Notes under the pieces: model-generated
Database searches by the model: none
What the model saw: the letters and a program-made list of their open reading frames with translations, nothing else
What the model was told of the DNA's origin: nothing
Assembly: GCA_043780105.1 (NCBI GenBank)
Contig: JAYWDA010000012.1
Span: 1-26,817, forward strand
Reading direction: 5' to 3'
DNA: 26,817 bases
From: Pseudobdellovibrionaceae bacterium
Lineage (GTDB): Bacteria; Bdellovibrionota; Bdellovibrionia; Bdellovibrionales; Bdellovibrionaceae
Made by a program: the position numbers and the translations under genes
Shown: piece by piece, positions 14,864 to 23,900 of the stretch
How the letters are laid out: each line of letters starts with the position of its first letter
How positions within the stretch are numbered: the first letter of the stretch is position 1

Positions 14864-16023
14864 GATATATGCACCTGGGCTAAGCCACTCCAGGTGTCTC
14901 CGCTGGTATTCGCGGGGATGACTGTGCGGTCATTTAAGACTTCAATTCTGAATTCGGTTTTATACCACGGGTACATCAATAGACCCAGACCCAAGCGGTT
15001 TCTGGTTGTTCCATCTGAAGTTAAAGTGTCTTTGTAAGTTTGGTACGTTGATAAAAAATTATAACCGCGTTCGATGTTAATCAAGGTTTGAATATAAGTA
15101 TAAAAACCGGTTTGTGCACTTTGCGTGTTACTTTGTAGCGGCGTATCCGTACGGGTCCCAATTTCTGCCAGCACTGATTTACCTTTGGCAAAGCTTATTT
15201 TAGAATGAAGGGCCGTACGTTCCCATTTAACAAAATCATTTTGACTGCGTAAGATCGAAGTTCCTAATCCAACAGCTTCGGTTATAAAATATTCGGCCAT
15301 CAAAGAAAAACCCGCCTGTCTTAATTCTCTTTCTTGATTTAAATTTCCTACAAAAAGATGCGACACCAGATCGTATTTCTTTTGATCGTAATGCAGCAGC
15401 ACGCCATGGGTTTGATCATTTTGCCCAAGGCCAAAACCAGAATACCCACGGTTAAACGCCGTGTGATCGGGGTGCCTTAGACCAAAAGCTTTATCCATTA
15501 AGCCAAAGTACGTCCAAAAATTTTTAACGGCTTGCCAGCGAAAATAAATTTCTTTTGATATCCAGTTGGCCGGTTTTTCTGTACTGCTAGACGTGGCAAA
15601 TCGCCGCGGGGTTGGAATGTAGCCGTAACTGGCTACAAAGACCGCATTATTTTTTTTATCTAAAGCAATGGCTACGTTGGCATCGGCTTCCATTTGAATA
15701 AATCGATCAACAGAATCTTTTGCACCTAAATTACTTTTTAAAAATAAACCGCGATATTTAAAACCGGGCCGAAGCCAGTAGGGTAATTCGTAACTTCCAA
15801 AAAAACCAGCGCGGTTACCAAGTTCATCGTCCGTGGTTTTTTTGTTAACAAATGTTCTGGCGGTAATTTCAGTGGCAAATAAAGATCTTCCGTAATCTGT
15901 CAGTGCGCCGCCACCCATACCGTTGTAATGACAATTCAAACACGAATTATAACCGTAAGAAATAAAATCAGGATAAGAATACGCCTTGATCGTGATGAAA
16001 AAAATGAAGATAAAAAATTTCAC
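14857..16023 (-). CDS. Porin-like outer-membrane beta-barrel with N-terminal CxxCH heme motif
   Basis: GTG start and signal peptide, then YPDFISYGYNSCLNCH..GGGALTDYGR, amphipathic beta-strands and C-terminal LAQVHISW. Confidence 0.7.
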   Translation of the reverse strand: MKFFIFIFFITIKAYSYPDFISYGYNSCLNCHYNGMGGGALTDYGRSLFATEITARTFVNKKTTDDELGNRAGFFGSYELPYWLRPGFKYRGLFLKSNLGAKDSVDRFIQMEADANVAIALDKKNNAVFVASYGYIPTPRRFATSSSTEKPANWISKEIYFRWQAVKNFWTYFGLMDKAFGLRHPDHTAFNRGYSGFGLGQNDQTHGVLLHYDQKKYDLVSHLFVGNLNQERELRQAGFSLMAEYFITEAVGLGTSILRSQNDFVKWERTALHSKISFAKGKSVLAEIGTRTDTPLQSNTQSAQTGFYTYIQTLINIERGYNFLSTYQTYKDTLTSDGTTRNRLGLGLLMYPWYKTEFRIEVLNDRTVIPANTSGDTWSGLAQVHISW

Positions 16024-16049
16024 TGTGGTAAGTTTTGCAGTTTATGATC

Positions 16050-17222
16050 TTATTTGCAATAGACAGAATCAATTTCGCTAACAAAGGTCGATTCAATTGA
16101 GTGACCAATTTTAAATTTTGCAGGATCTGATTTAATCCAGTCCACACCATCCGTGCTTTTATAGACTGTTTGTGCGCTGTAATCACCGTTACCGCCGCTG
16201 ACAAAAATATAAGTTCCTGTTTTTTTATTGTAAGCTGCCGCAGGAGCGAAATACCAGCCCGCATTTTGACCATTTATTTTTATAAAAGTGTTGGTCCAGT
16301 TTAATCCGTCTGCGCTTTTGTAAACACGGGCGTTATCAACCGCGTTGGTCCACGCCAGAAAATGCGTTCCGTTAAACACAACTGACGACCAATCGTTTCC
16401 AATCTGCACCGATGACCAAGTTTTTCCACCATCCGCAGATCTGGTGATGTAACCCGTACTGAGCTGTCCGTTGACGTAAGTTTTTCCGACGGTCACAATA
16501 ACTCCGTTGCCTTCAGCAAATGACCGCAGTTGCGATTTTGTTGGCAGTACGTCTTGTAAAAGTGTCCACGTGCTGCCTTTGTCATAACTGGCTGCCATGT
16601 GGGCGCCGCGGCCGGCAATAAAAATACTATCCTTCACTTTATAAACCGCGCCGTAACTGATGCCACTTGCGACACTGTCGATATTTGTTAATTTGTTCCA
16701 GGCGCTACCAAAAGTTGATGATGTCGACCAGTCGGGCCCTGCGTGAAAAACTTGATCTTTAAAAGCGGCAACTCCGCCACCCCAAGAACCGCTGCGCACA
16801 GTTTCCCAGTTAAGACCATCTTTAGATCTTTTCAGGCTGCCGTTGTAACCCCAACCGTAGTTGATGTACGTGTATCCGTCAGCGTCGCTAATTCCATAAA
16901 ATGTGCGGGGTGAGTGTCCTTGTACGATTTCTCCACGGGCACTATCATCAGCCGAGCGGTCGTTAAACCAAGTTTCTCCGTCGTCACATGACATGGCAGT
17001 CCTTTCGTTCTGACCAGCAGCAAAAATAACAGTTTTCATAATTCCACTGGGAACTAAAACCGGATTCGCGACCGGAAGATTAACGCCAAGATTGGAATCT
17101 GCACCAGAGCCATCTAGACTTGCAGATATGAATTTTGATTGTAATTTTGTCGAGCAATTTTGAAAAGGCAAGATGACAATGAGTAGAACGATATTCAATA
17201 AAAAGAAGCGACTTGTTTTCAT
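16050..17222 (-). CDS. Lipoprotein with BNR/Asp-box repeats (sialidase-like beta-propeller)
   Basis: FQNC lipobox and about seven Asp-box-like motifs (SCDDGETW, SKDGLNW, SYDKGSTW, SADGGKTW, SADGLNW, STDGVDW); SD-like GGGGA. Confidence 0.78.
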   Translation of the reverse strand: MKTSRFFLLNIVLLIVILPFQNCSTKLQSKFISASLDGSGADSNLGVNLPVANPVLVPSGIMKTVIFAAGQNERTAMSCDDGETWFNDRSADDSARGEIVQGHSPRTFYGISDADGYTYINYGWGYNGSLKRSKDGLNWETVRSGSWGGGVAAFKDQVFHAGPDWSTSSTFGSAWNKLTNIDSVASGISYGAVYKVKDSIFIAGRGAHMAASYDKGSTWTLLQDVLPTKSQLRSFAEGNGVIVTVGKTYVNGQLSTGYITRSADGGKTWSSVQIGNDWSSVVFNGTHFLAWTNAVDNARVYKSADGLNWTNTFIKINGQNAGWYFAPAAAYNKKTGTYIFVSGGNGDYSAQTVYKSTDGVDWIKSDPAKFKIGHSIESTFVSEIDSVYCK

Positions 17223-17249
17223 AAAATTCCCCAGTCCGACATCTAAATA

Positions 17250-17276
17250 ATATCGGATTTTCTTTCGTTTTATTGA
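17250..17276 (-). promoter_or_regulatory. Possible sigma-28-like promoter TCAAT-N14-TCCGATAT for the minus-strand operon
   Basis: TCCGATA box matches the fibre promoters; the -35 box and spacer are imperfect. Confidence 0.4.
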
Positions 17277-17450
17277 TTTATATTTTCAATATTAAAAAAA
17301 TACTAACAAAATGTCTTTATCTGATTCGGTCAGTGTATAAAGATTAGTGCTTTTAATAGCACCGTCTAAAAAGTAGTCAGTTCAAACCAAATTTATTAAT
17401 ATCTCATCTTCAGATTATCGTGTGGAATCATTTATATTTGAGTGTAAAAC

Positions 17451-17458
17451 GCCGATAC
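17451..17458 (+). promoter_or_regulatory. Sigma-28-like -10 box GCCGATAC upstream of 17467
   Basis: Near-consensus -10 box ending 8 nt before the ATG. No convincing -35 box at 15-nt spacing. Confidence 0.4.
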
Positions 17459-17466
17459 TAAAGTGA

Positions 17467-19263
17467 ATGAAACCACAAGATAAAGATATATTTTTAATGC
17501 CTACTAAAAATAAAACGCGAATTATTGCTTCGATCATTTATTTAACTTCGACCCAGATTTTATTTAATAACTGCTCAGCGATAAAACAATCTTATTCGAC
17601 CCAGGAATACACGGCTTCGTCATCTGATTCATTGGCTTTAAAATTACAAGGGCCCGGTGCGGCTTCACTTCGCCGGATGTCTAATATTGAATACATCAAT
17701 TCGCTGAAACATGCGGTCGAAATTCAATTTAAACGTAGGTCCAGTGCAAATAATTTTGCGACAGAAATTTTTCAATATAGGGGTGGTGATTCCATTCTTC
17801 AGACTGTCCCCTCTGACACTCGGGACACGAATGTTTCGACGAATCAAGTGGCAGCAAATTTAACAGCTTCGAAGTTTGATGCATATTTAAAGGTCTCAAG
17901 AACAGTTGGAAAAATAATTGCTGATGATTTAAATTTTCTAAAAGCCTTTGCTGGTTCATGTGTTTCTGACAAAACAGATATTTCTAATCAAGTTTGCGTT
18001 GATCAGTTCATCAACGAATTTGGTCTGATAGTATTTCGCGCGCCAGTCAACCCAACCGAGCTGGCAGAGATAAAAAAAGGTGCAACAGACTGGAACAGTT
18101 TAATTTCAAGATTGTTGGTGCATCCACGATTTTTAGTGCCTTACTTCAGAGCTGGAACCAAAGTTGGTGGCAGTGATATTTACGAATTGTCGAATTATGA
18201 AATTGAAGCTAAGCTGACTTCTGTTTTTTGGAAAAGCTTACCTGATTTAGTTGGTTTGCAAGCTGCCGAAAAAGGTTTGTTAAAAACCGAAGCGGGATTA
18301 AGATCTGAAATTCAGCGTATACTGGATTCACCCAAAGCCGAAGCCATGATGTGGGAGTTTTACAAACAGTGGCTGGGTGAAAGTCGCATTCCTGGTGACA
18401 TGCGCCTGGGTCAAGAGTTTAATTTAATCACTGGATTTAATTTTGATAACGACACCAATAAAAACGGTCCTTATTTGCAGGGTATCCGAGACGACGCCAA
18501 TGAATTTTTAAGTTATTTAACATGGAAGCAAAAAGCAAAATTAGAAACATTATTTACCAGTCCATTGTTGTTTCCAAGACAAACCGATGTCGCTTTGGTT
18601 TACGGTGTCACTGCCAGAACCAGCATTACCGACCCACCTATTACGGATCAAACGGGTAACTACAAAGGAATTTTAAGTCGTCCATTTATTACCGTACAAA
18701 AACCAGGATCCTACGGAAGTATAAATCCGATTCAGCGTGGTTACCTACTAGCTCTGAATGTGATGGGCATCAAATTAGGTAAGCCAGTTAATTTCGGCGA
18801 ACAAAATGCAGTTATTGTTCCACCCGAAGCAAGTACTTCTCATGAGACCAGATTAAAAACCAATACGGCCGCATGTATATCCTGTCATTCAGTTATCAAT
18901 CCGGCCGGTTTTGCCTTAGCCAATTACAACGCTGTTGGTAAGTACATGACAATCGAGAAAAGATACAAACAAGCAACTCTTGTGGCATCAAATCCAGTCG
19001 ATGCAAAATCAAATTTAACTTTAGGCGGAAAGTATTATCAGATCGATGGCTTAGGAAGTTTTGTTGACGCAATGATTGATAGCGGGCAATTAGTAACTGG
19101 TTTTTCAAACTATTATTTTGAATTTACCCAAGGCCGTTCTGCTTCGCCAGACGATCAATCTTGGATCAATCGTTTTAAATCAAGTCTTCGCAATAAAAGT
19201 TTATATGACGCTTTAACAGATTATGGCATGGACAAAGATTTCGCGCGAGTTCGCGCTAAGTAA
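17467..19263 (+). CDS. DUF1592/DUF1588-type (PSD-domain) lipoprotein with CxxCH
   Basis: FNNC lipobox, LRRMSNIEYINSL, LSNYEIEAKLTSVFWKSLPD, GILSRPF..NPIQRG and CISCH..INPAGFALANYNAVGKY. The true start could be the ATG at 17497. Confidence 0.82.
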   Translation: MKPQDKDIFLMPTKNKTRIIASIIYLTSTQILFNNCSAIKQSYSTQEYTASSSDSLALKLQGPGAASLRRMSNIEYINSLKHAVEIQFKRRSSANNFATEIFQYRGGDSILQTVPSDTRDTNVSTNQVAANLTASKFDAYLKVSRTVGKIIADDLNFLKAFAGSCVSDKTDISNQVCVDQFINEFGLIVFRAPVNPTELAEIKKGATDWNSLISRLLVHPRFLVPYFRAGTKVGGSDIYELSNYEIEAKLTSVFWKSLPDLVGLQAAEKGLLKTEAGLRSEIQRILDSPKAEAMMWEFYKQWLGESRIPGDMRLGQEFNLITGFNFDNDTNKNGPYLQGIRDDANEFLSYLTWKQKAKLETLFTSPLLFPRQTDVALVYGVTARTSITDPPITDQTGNYKGILSRPFITVQKPGSYGSINPIQRGYLLALNVMGIKLGKPVNFGEQNAVIVPPEASTSHETRLKTNTAACISCHSVINPAGFALANYNAVGKYMTIEKRYKQATLVASNPVDAKSNLTLGGKYYQIDGLGSFVDAMIDSGQLVTGFSNYYFEFTQGRSASPDDQSWINRFKSSLRNKSLYDALTDYGMDKDFARVRAK

Positions 19264-19274
19264 GGAATAGGAAT

Positions 19275-20852
19275 ATGAAGAAAAATAATTTACCGAAAAA
19301 TGTTATAATCAATCCAAATTCCAGACGTATGTTTTTAAAATCAGTTGGTGGATTGTCGCTAGCGCTTCCGTTTTTGCCATCACTGGCATCGTTAGTTCTT
19401 TCTGAAAAATCGATGGCTGCGCAGATTAACCCAATTCGCTTTGTTAGCGTGCGCACAAACTTAGGTGGCCTAAAACATTCCAGTTGGGTCGGACCTAATT
19501 TGCCAACACAAAGTTTTGAACTGTATCCCGGTCAATTTGGCCGCAAAGATTTGATCGCTAATTTGGCGGGGCCCTCAGGGTTGTCACCGGTTTTTGATAA
19601 TTCGTTTGCAAGCTTATATCCGTATATGAACTTTATTTTAGGTGCGGATTTACCTAGTGTCTACGGTCATAATGTCAATGCGGGCTCTGGTGCTATTGCC
19701 AATAAAATCAGAAATTTTACCTCGGAAGGTCAAGGCACTTTGTTCGGTGAAGTCCCAAGCGTCGATCAAGTGATGGCTTTTTATAGTAAAAACGGAGTAT
19801 ACGGTTCGAATATTTCTGGGCGCACACGTTACATTAATATAGGCTCTTCTGAATCTTACGGCCGCGATGATTACGATTTGCAATCTTTGCCAGTTGTTCA
19901 GCGGGAAAATGTTTACGGTGCTGCAGGAGTTTTTAGTACTTTGTTCGGATCAGTTGCACCAGCCGATATGCAAAGTGCAACTCCAAGTGCAAATCCACTT
20001 TTGAATTTAGTGAATGAATTTTGGGCTTCGGGTAAATCTTTGATTCGAAGCTTGTCGACCGAAGATCGCAGATCACTGGATCAATTGTTTCAATTGGCCC
20101 AGCAGGCTTCAGAAGATTATGCGCAGCCGGGTCCATCGTGTTCGGGTTATGTTAAACCAGCCGATAATAGTTATTCAATGTCCGATTACGCTGACGTCAT
20201 CGCGATGGCTTTTAAATGTGATTTAACTCGAATTGTAAATATTGACTTACATGAGTCTATTAATGGTTACAATTGGCATGACTGCAGTCATACCGAATAC
20301 AAAGACCCTAATTTTGCAACTCGGCAGAATGAAATGATCCAGATATTTAATAATATTGCCAATAAGTTTTTTTTACGTTTGGGTACAAATTTGAACGTGG
20401 CTGATCCGATGAATCCGTCACAAACCCTTTTGACTAATTCCTTGATCAAGTGGACTCATGAAAACAAAGTGGCCCATGAAACTTTTTCTTTACCGGTGAT
20501 GTTGATGGGTGCTGCAGGTGGCAGAATCAATACTGGAATGGTTGCTGATTTACGTAACACAGCAATGCCATCGTTTGGAACAGATTACAGCGGCGATGGC
20601 ATGTATCAAGGTGATTTATTGAATAGATTGTGGCCCACATTATTTTACGGAATGGATGTTCCAAAATCAGCCTACGAATATCAGCGTGGTGGTGGACCTG
20701 TTTCACTTTCATTAGATAAAGGTTACGGTCATTTGATTCAGGAAAAAGCAGCTTGGTTTTACAGCCTTAATCACACAGTCAATACATACAACATATCAAA
20801 AATCGGTGAGCCTTGGGAATTTTTGCGAAAAAGTTCTGTGAACTGGGGTTAA
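19275..20852 (+). CDS. DUF1552-family Tat-exported protein
   Basis: SRRMFLK..ALPFLPSL Tat signal, SVDQV, MAFKCDLTRIV and WHDCSH. Canonical position after a DUF1592 gene; SD AAGGA/AGGA. Confidence 0.85.
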   Translation: MKKNNLPKNVIINPNSRRMFLKSVGGLSLALPFLPSLASLVLSEKSMAAQINPIRFVSVRTNLGGLKHSSWVGPNLPTQSFELYPGQFGRKDLIANLAGPSGLSPVFDNSFASLYPYMNFILGADLPSVYGHNVNAGSGAIANKIRNFTSEGQGTLFGEVPSVDQVMAFYSKNGVYGSNISGRTRYINIGSSESYGRDDYDLQSLPVVQRENVYGAAGVFSTLFGSVAPADMQSATPSANPLLNLVNEFWASGKSLIRSLSTEDRRSLDQLFQLAQQASEDYAQPGPSCSGYVKPADNSYSMSDYADVIAMAFKCDLTRIVNIDLHESINGYNWHDCSHTEYKDPNFATRQNEMIQIFNNIANKFFLRLGTNLNVADPMNPSQTLLTNSLIKWTHENKVAHETFSLPVMLMGAAGGRINTGMVADLRNTAMPSFGTDYSGDGMYQGDLLNRLWPTLFYGMDVPKSAYEYQRGGGPVSLSLDKGYGHLIQEKAAWFYSLNHTVNTYNISKIGEPWEFLRKSSVNWG

Positions 20853-20875
20853 TATTCTAGAGTCCAAAATTTGGT

Positions 20876-20895
20876 CTGTCTTAGAATAGAACAGT
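20876..20895 (+). promoter_or_regulatory. Putative operator-like element CTGTCTTAGA-N6-CAGT upstream of fibre gene 20974
   Basis: 15/20 nt identical to 465..484, at a similar distance from the ATG (98 vs 110 nt). Confidence 0.35.
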
Positions 20896-20939
20896 TAGTG
20901 AAAAAACCCCGCTTTTCGTCGAGCTTATACAAAAATTAA

Positions 20940-20967
20940 TTAAGCTTTAGTCAAAAAAATCCGATAA
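20940..20967 (+). promoter_or_regulatory. Sigma-28 (FliA)-like promoter TTAAG-N15-TCCGATAA
   Basis: Closest match to consensus of the three fibre promoters. It ends 6 nt before the ATG, with no SD. Confidence 0.68.
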
Positions 20968-20973
20968 ATCACT

Positions 20974-23900
20974 ATGCTTCGGTACGTAAAAACTATATTG
21001 ATTACCTATTTAGGATTACTAGCGTTTTCAGTATCAGCACACGCTGTACCATCAAGCCTTTCCTTCCAATCTAAAATATACAAACCCGATGGCACACCAC
21101 TTGAGGCCGCCAGCGTTAATTTTCGATTCACCACCATGGATCCTACGGGAACTTGTATTTTGTATGTCGAAGATTTTATTGGTGCTAGTATGACAGGGTC
21201 AACTGGGTTAGCAATTTTAAATTTGGGTACGGGAACAAAAGTTTATCCAACGGGTGCTTTCACATTTACCAGTGTGTTTAATAATTTAAGTCCGATGTTT
21301 AACTGCCAAGGTGGCGGGACCTATTCGCCGAATGTTGCGGGCATTGACAGTCGAAAAATCATTGCGCAGTTTTATGATGGCTCGGCAGCGGGTTGGCAAA
21401 CGTTACCAGCCATTGATGTGAATTCGGTGCCGTTTGCAAATTACGCTGGAGATTCTGCAAAGTTAGCTGGGTTTCCGGCAAGTGATTTTTTACGATTTAC
21501 GGGTTTGCCAGTTTGTACGGGAAGTGATGTACTGACGGCGGTGAATTCAGGTTCAGGGACAAATTTAGTTTGTGTTCCAGGTACAGCAGCATCTGTGGAC
21601 GCAACGACAACCTCAAAAGGTGTGGTGCAAATTGGTTCAGGACTAAATATTGCCGCGGGCATTATTAGCTTAGGCAATTTTGATGCGGCAAAAATCACAT
21701 CAGGAATTATAGCTCCTGCAAGACTTGGAACTGGAATACCGGGTGCAGGTAATTTTCTTCGTGGCGACGGTGTTTGGTCTAATGTGCCCGCAGGAACGGT
21801 ATCCAGTGTTACCTCTACAAATGGGTACATCAGCATAGCTACGACAACAACAACTCCGGCATTAACTTTAAATGTTGGAGTTTTAGCTGGAACCGTGGCT
21901 GCCGGAAATGATTCACGCTTTACCGATGGCCGCGCACCCATCGGCGCAGCTGGCGGAGATTTAACCGGAACGTATCCGAATCCAACTCTGAACACTTCGG
22001 GTGTGGTCGCTAACAGTTACGGAAGTGCTTCGGGTGTTGCCACATTTACAGTTGATAATAAAGGACGCTTAACGACAGCGGGAACATCACCCATCGCAAT
22101 TGCTGAAACTCAAGTTACAAATTTAACGTCAGACCTTGCTTCAAAAATTACGAACGTAGGATCTGGTTTAGGTAACGTGGTGTTAACCTTACAATCTGGA
22201 AACACGGCAGGTTTACCTGCGGCAGGAACAGATGGCCGCGTTTATTTTGATACGCAAGCAAAAGTTATTTACCGTGATAACGGTACAAGTTGGATTCCGA
22301 TAGCAAGCAATGCAGGTTCTGGCGGTGACATCACTGACGTTATTGCAGGAACTGGTTTATCAGGTGGTGCTGCTTCAGGTGCGGCCACTTTAAATTTAGC
22401 AAATACAACAGTCGCGCCGAACAGTTACGGATCAGCATCTGCCGTTTCAGCGTTTAGCGTCGATGCACAAGGGCGCTTAACAACGGCTGCAACAACTCCG
22501 ATTGCAATTGCAGAATCTCAAGTTACTAACTTGGTTACTGATCTTTCCAACAAGCAGCCGTTAAATGCACAACTAACAAATATTTCTAGTTACGCACCAA
22601 CTGCAGATAATTTTATTGTGGGTAATGGAACAAATTTTGTTTTAAAAACTCCGGCGCAGGCGCGGGTAAGTATTGGTTTAGATGTAGCGGGTGGAGATTT
22701 AACAGGAAATTACCCGAATCCAACTTTAGCTAATATTGTCATTTCAGCGACGAACACAAAAATCACGTACGATGCCAAAGGTCGCGTGACATCGGGCACT
22801 TCGCTTGTTGCTAACGATATTCCAAATTTAGATGCTTCGAAAATTACTTCCGGAATTTTACCAATTGCAAACGGCGGTACTGGTGCTACGACGGTCGCAA
22901 ATAATTTAGTTTTTGCAGGTCCCTCTACTGGTGGTCCATTAGCACCAAGTTTTAGAACTTTAGCTGCCAGTGATATTCCTAGTTTAAGTGCAACCTATCT
23001 GCCGCTAACTGGAGGCACTGTTACTGGCAATGTCAATTTTGAAACGCAAATCGCTTTAAAAGATTCAACATCAAATTATGTGACGATCAAGTCTCCAGCA
23101 ACGGTGACTCCATACACTTTGTCACTTCCGGTGAATGCAGGAACGACCGGTCAGTTTTTAGCAACAGATGGCAGTGGAGTACTAAGTTGGTCAGCTTCAT
23201 TGCCACAAAACAGTTCTGTCATTTATCAAGCACGAGTTGCAACAACTCAAAATATCAGTTTCTCTGGGCCACAAACGATTGACGGTGTTTCCGTTATAGT
23301 CGGTGACCGCGTCTTGGTAAAAAATCAGTCAAGTGCTACGCAGAACGGAATTTACGTTGTCAATGCGGGCGGTTTTACGCGGGCTTCTGAATTTGATACT
23401 TGGATTGAAACAATCGGATACAAAGTTCAAGTTACTGAGGGTACTAGCTATGCAGGATTTTTATTTTCTACTAGCACAGTTGTTGGTGGAACAATTGGAT
23501 CTCAAAATATTAAGTGGAATACTCAGGGAAATAATAATGGCGCCAGTCGTTTAACGGCTTACGGTGTTGATACTTTAAACTCTAATAGCTCTGGCTCAGA
23601 CAATGCGGCGTTTGGCCAATCTGCATTGGCAGTGAATACAATAGGTTTTCAAAATACCGCCGTTGGAACTCAATCGATGGCTTACAACACAACCGGTTCG
23701 TCTAATACCGGTATCGGTGCTTCAGCGCTTTTAACGAACTCAACAGGATCTAACAATACGGCGGTAGGCACTGGGGCACTATTCGTGAACACAACGGGAA
23801 ACGAAAATACGGGTTTAGGTGTTTCAGCATTAGGCAATAACTCGACGGGATTTTGGAATGTGGCCGTTGGTTCAAGCGCAATGTCTACAAATACAACTGG

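Noticed and set aside
14306-16023. Barrels as dedicated two-partner-secretion or autotransporter translocators for the fibres
   Set aside because: No POTRA-like region or autotransporter signature recognised, and they are in a separate opposite-strand operon. No supporting evidence.
447-20973. Rho-independent terminators in the intergenic regions
   Set aside because: No GC-rich hairpin plus U-tract could be supported. GGACTG-N13-CAGTCC (462..486) has a short stem, a long loop and no U-run.
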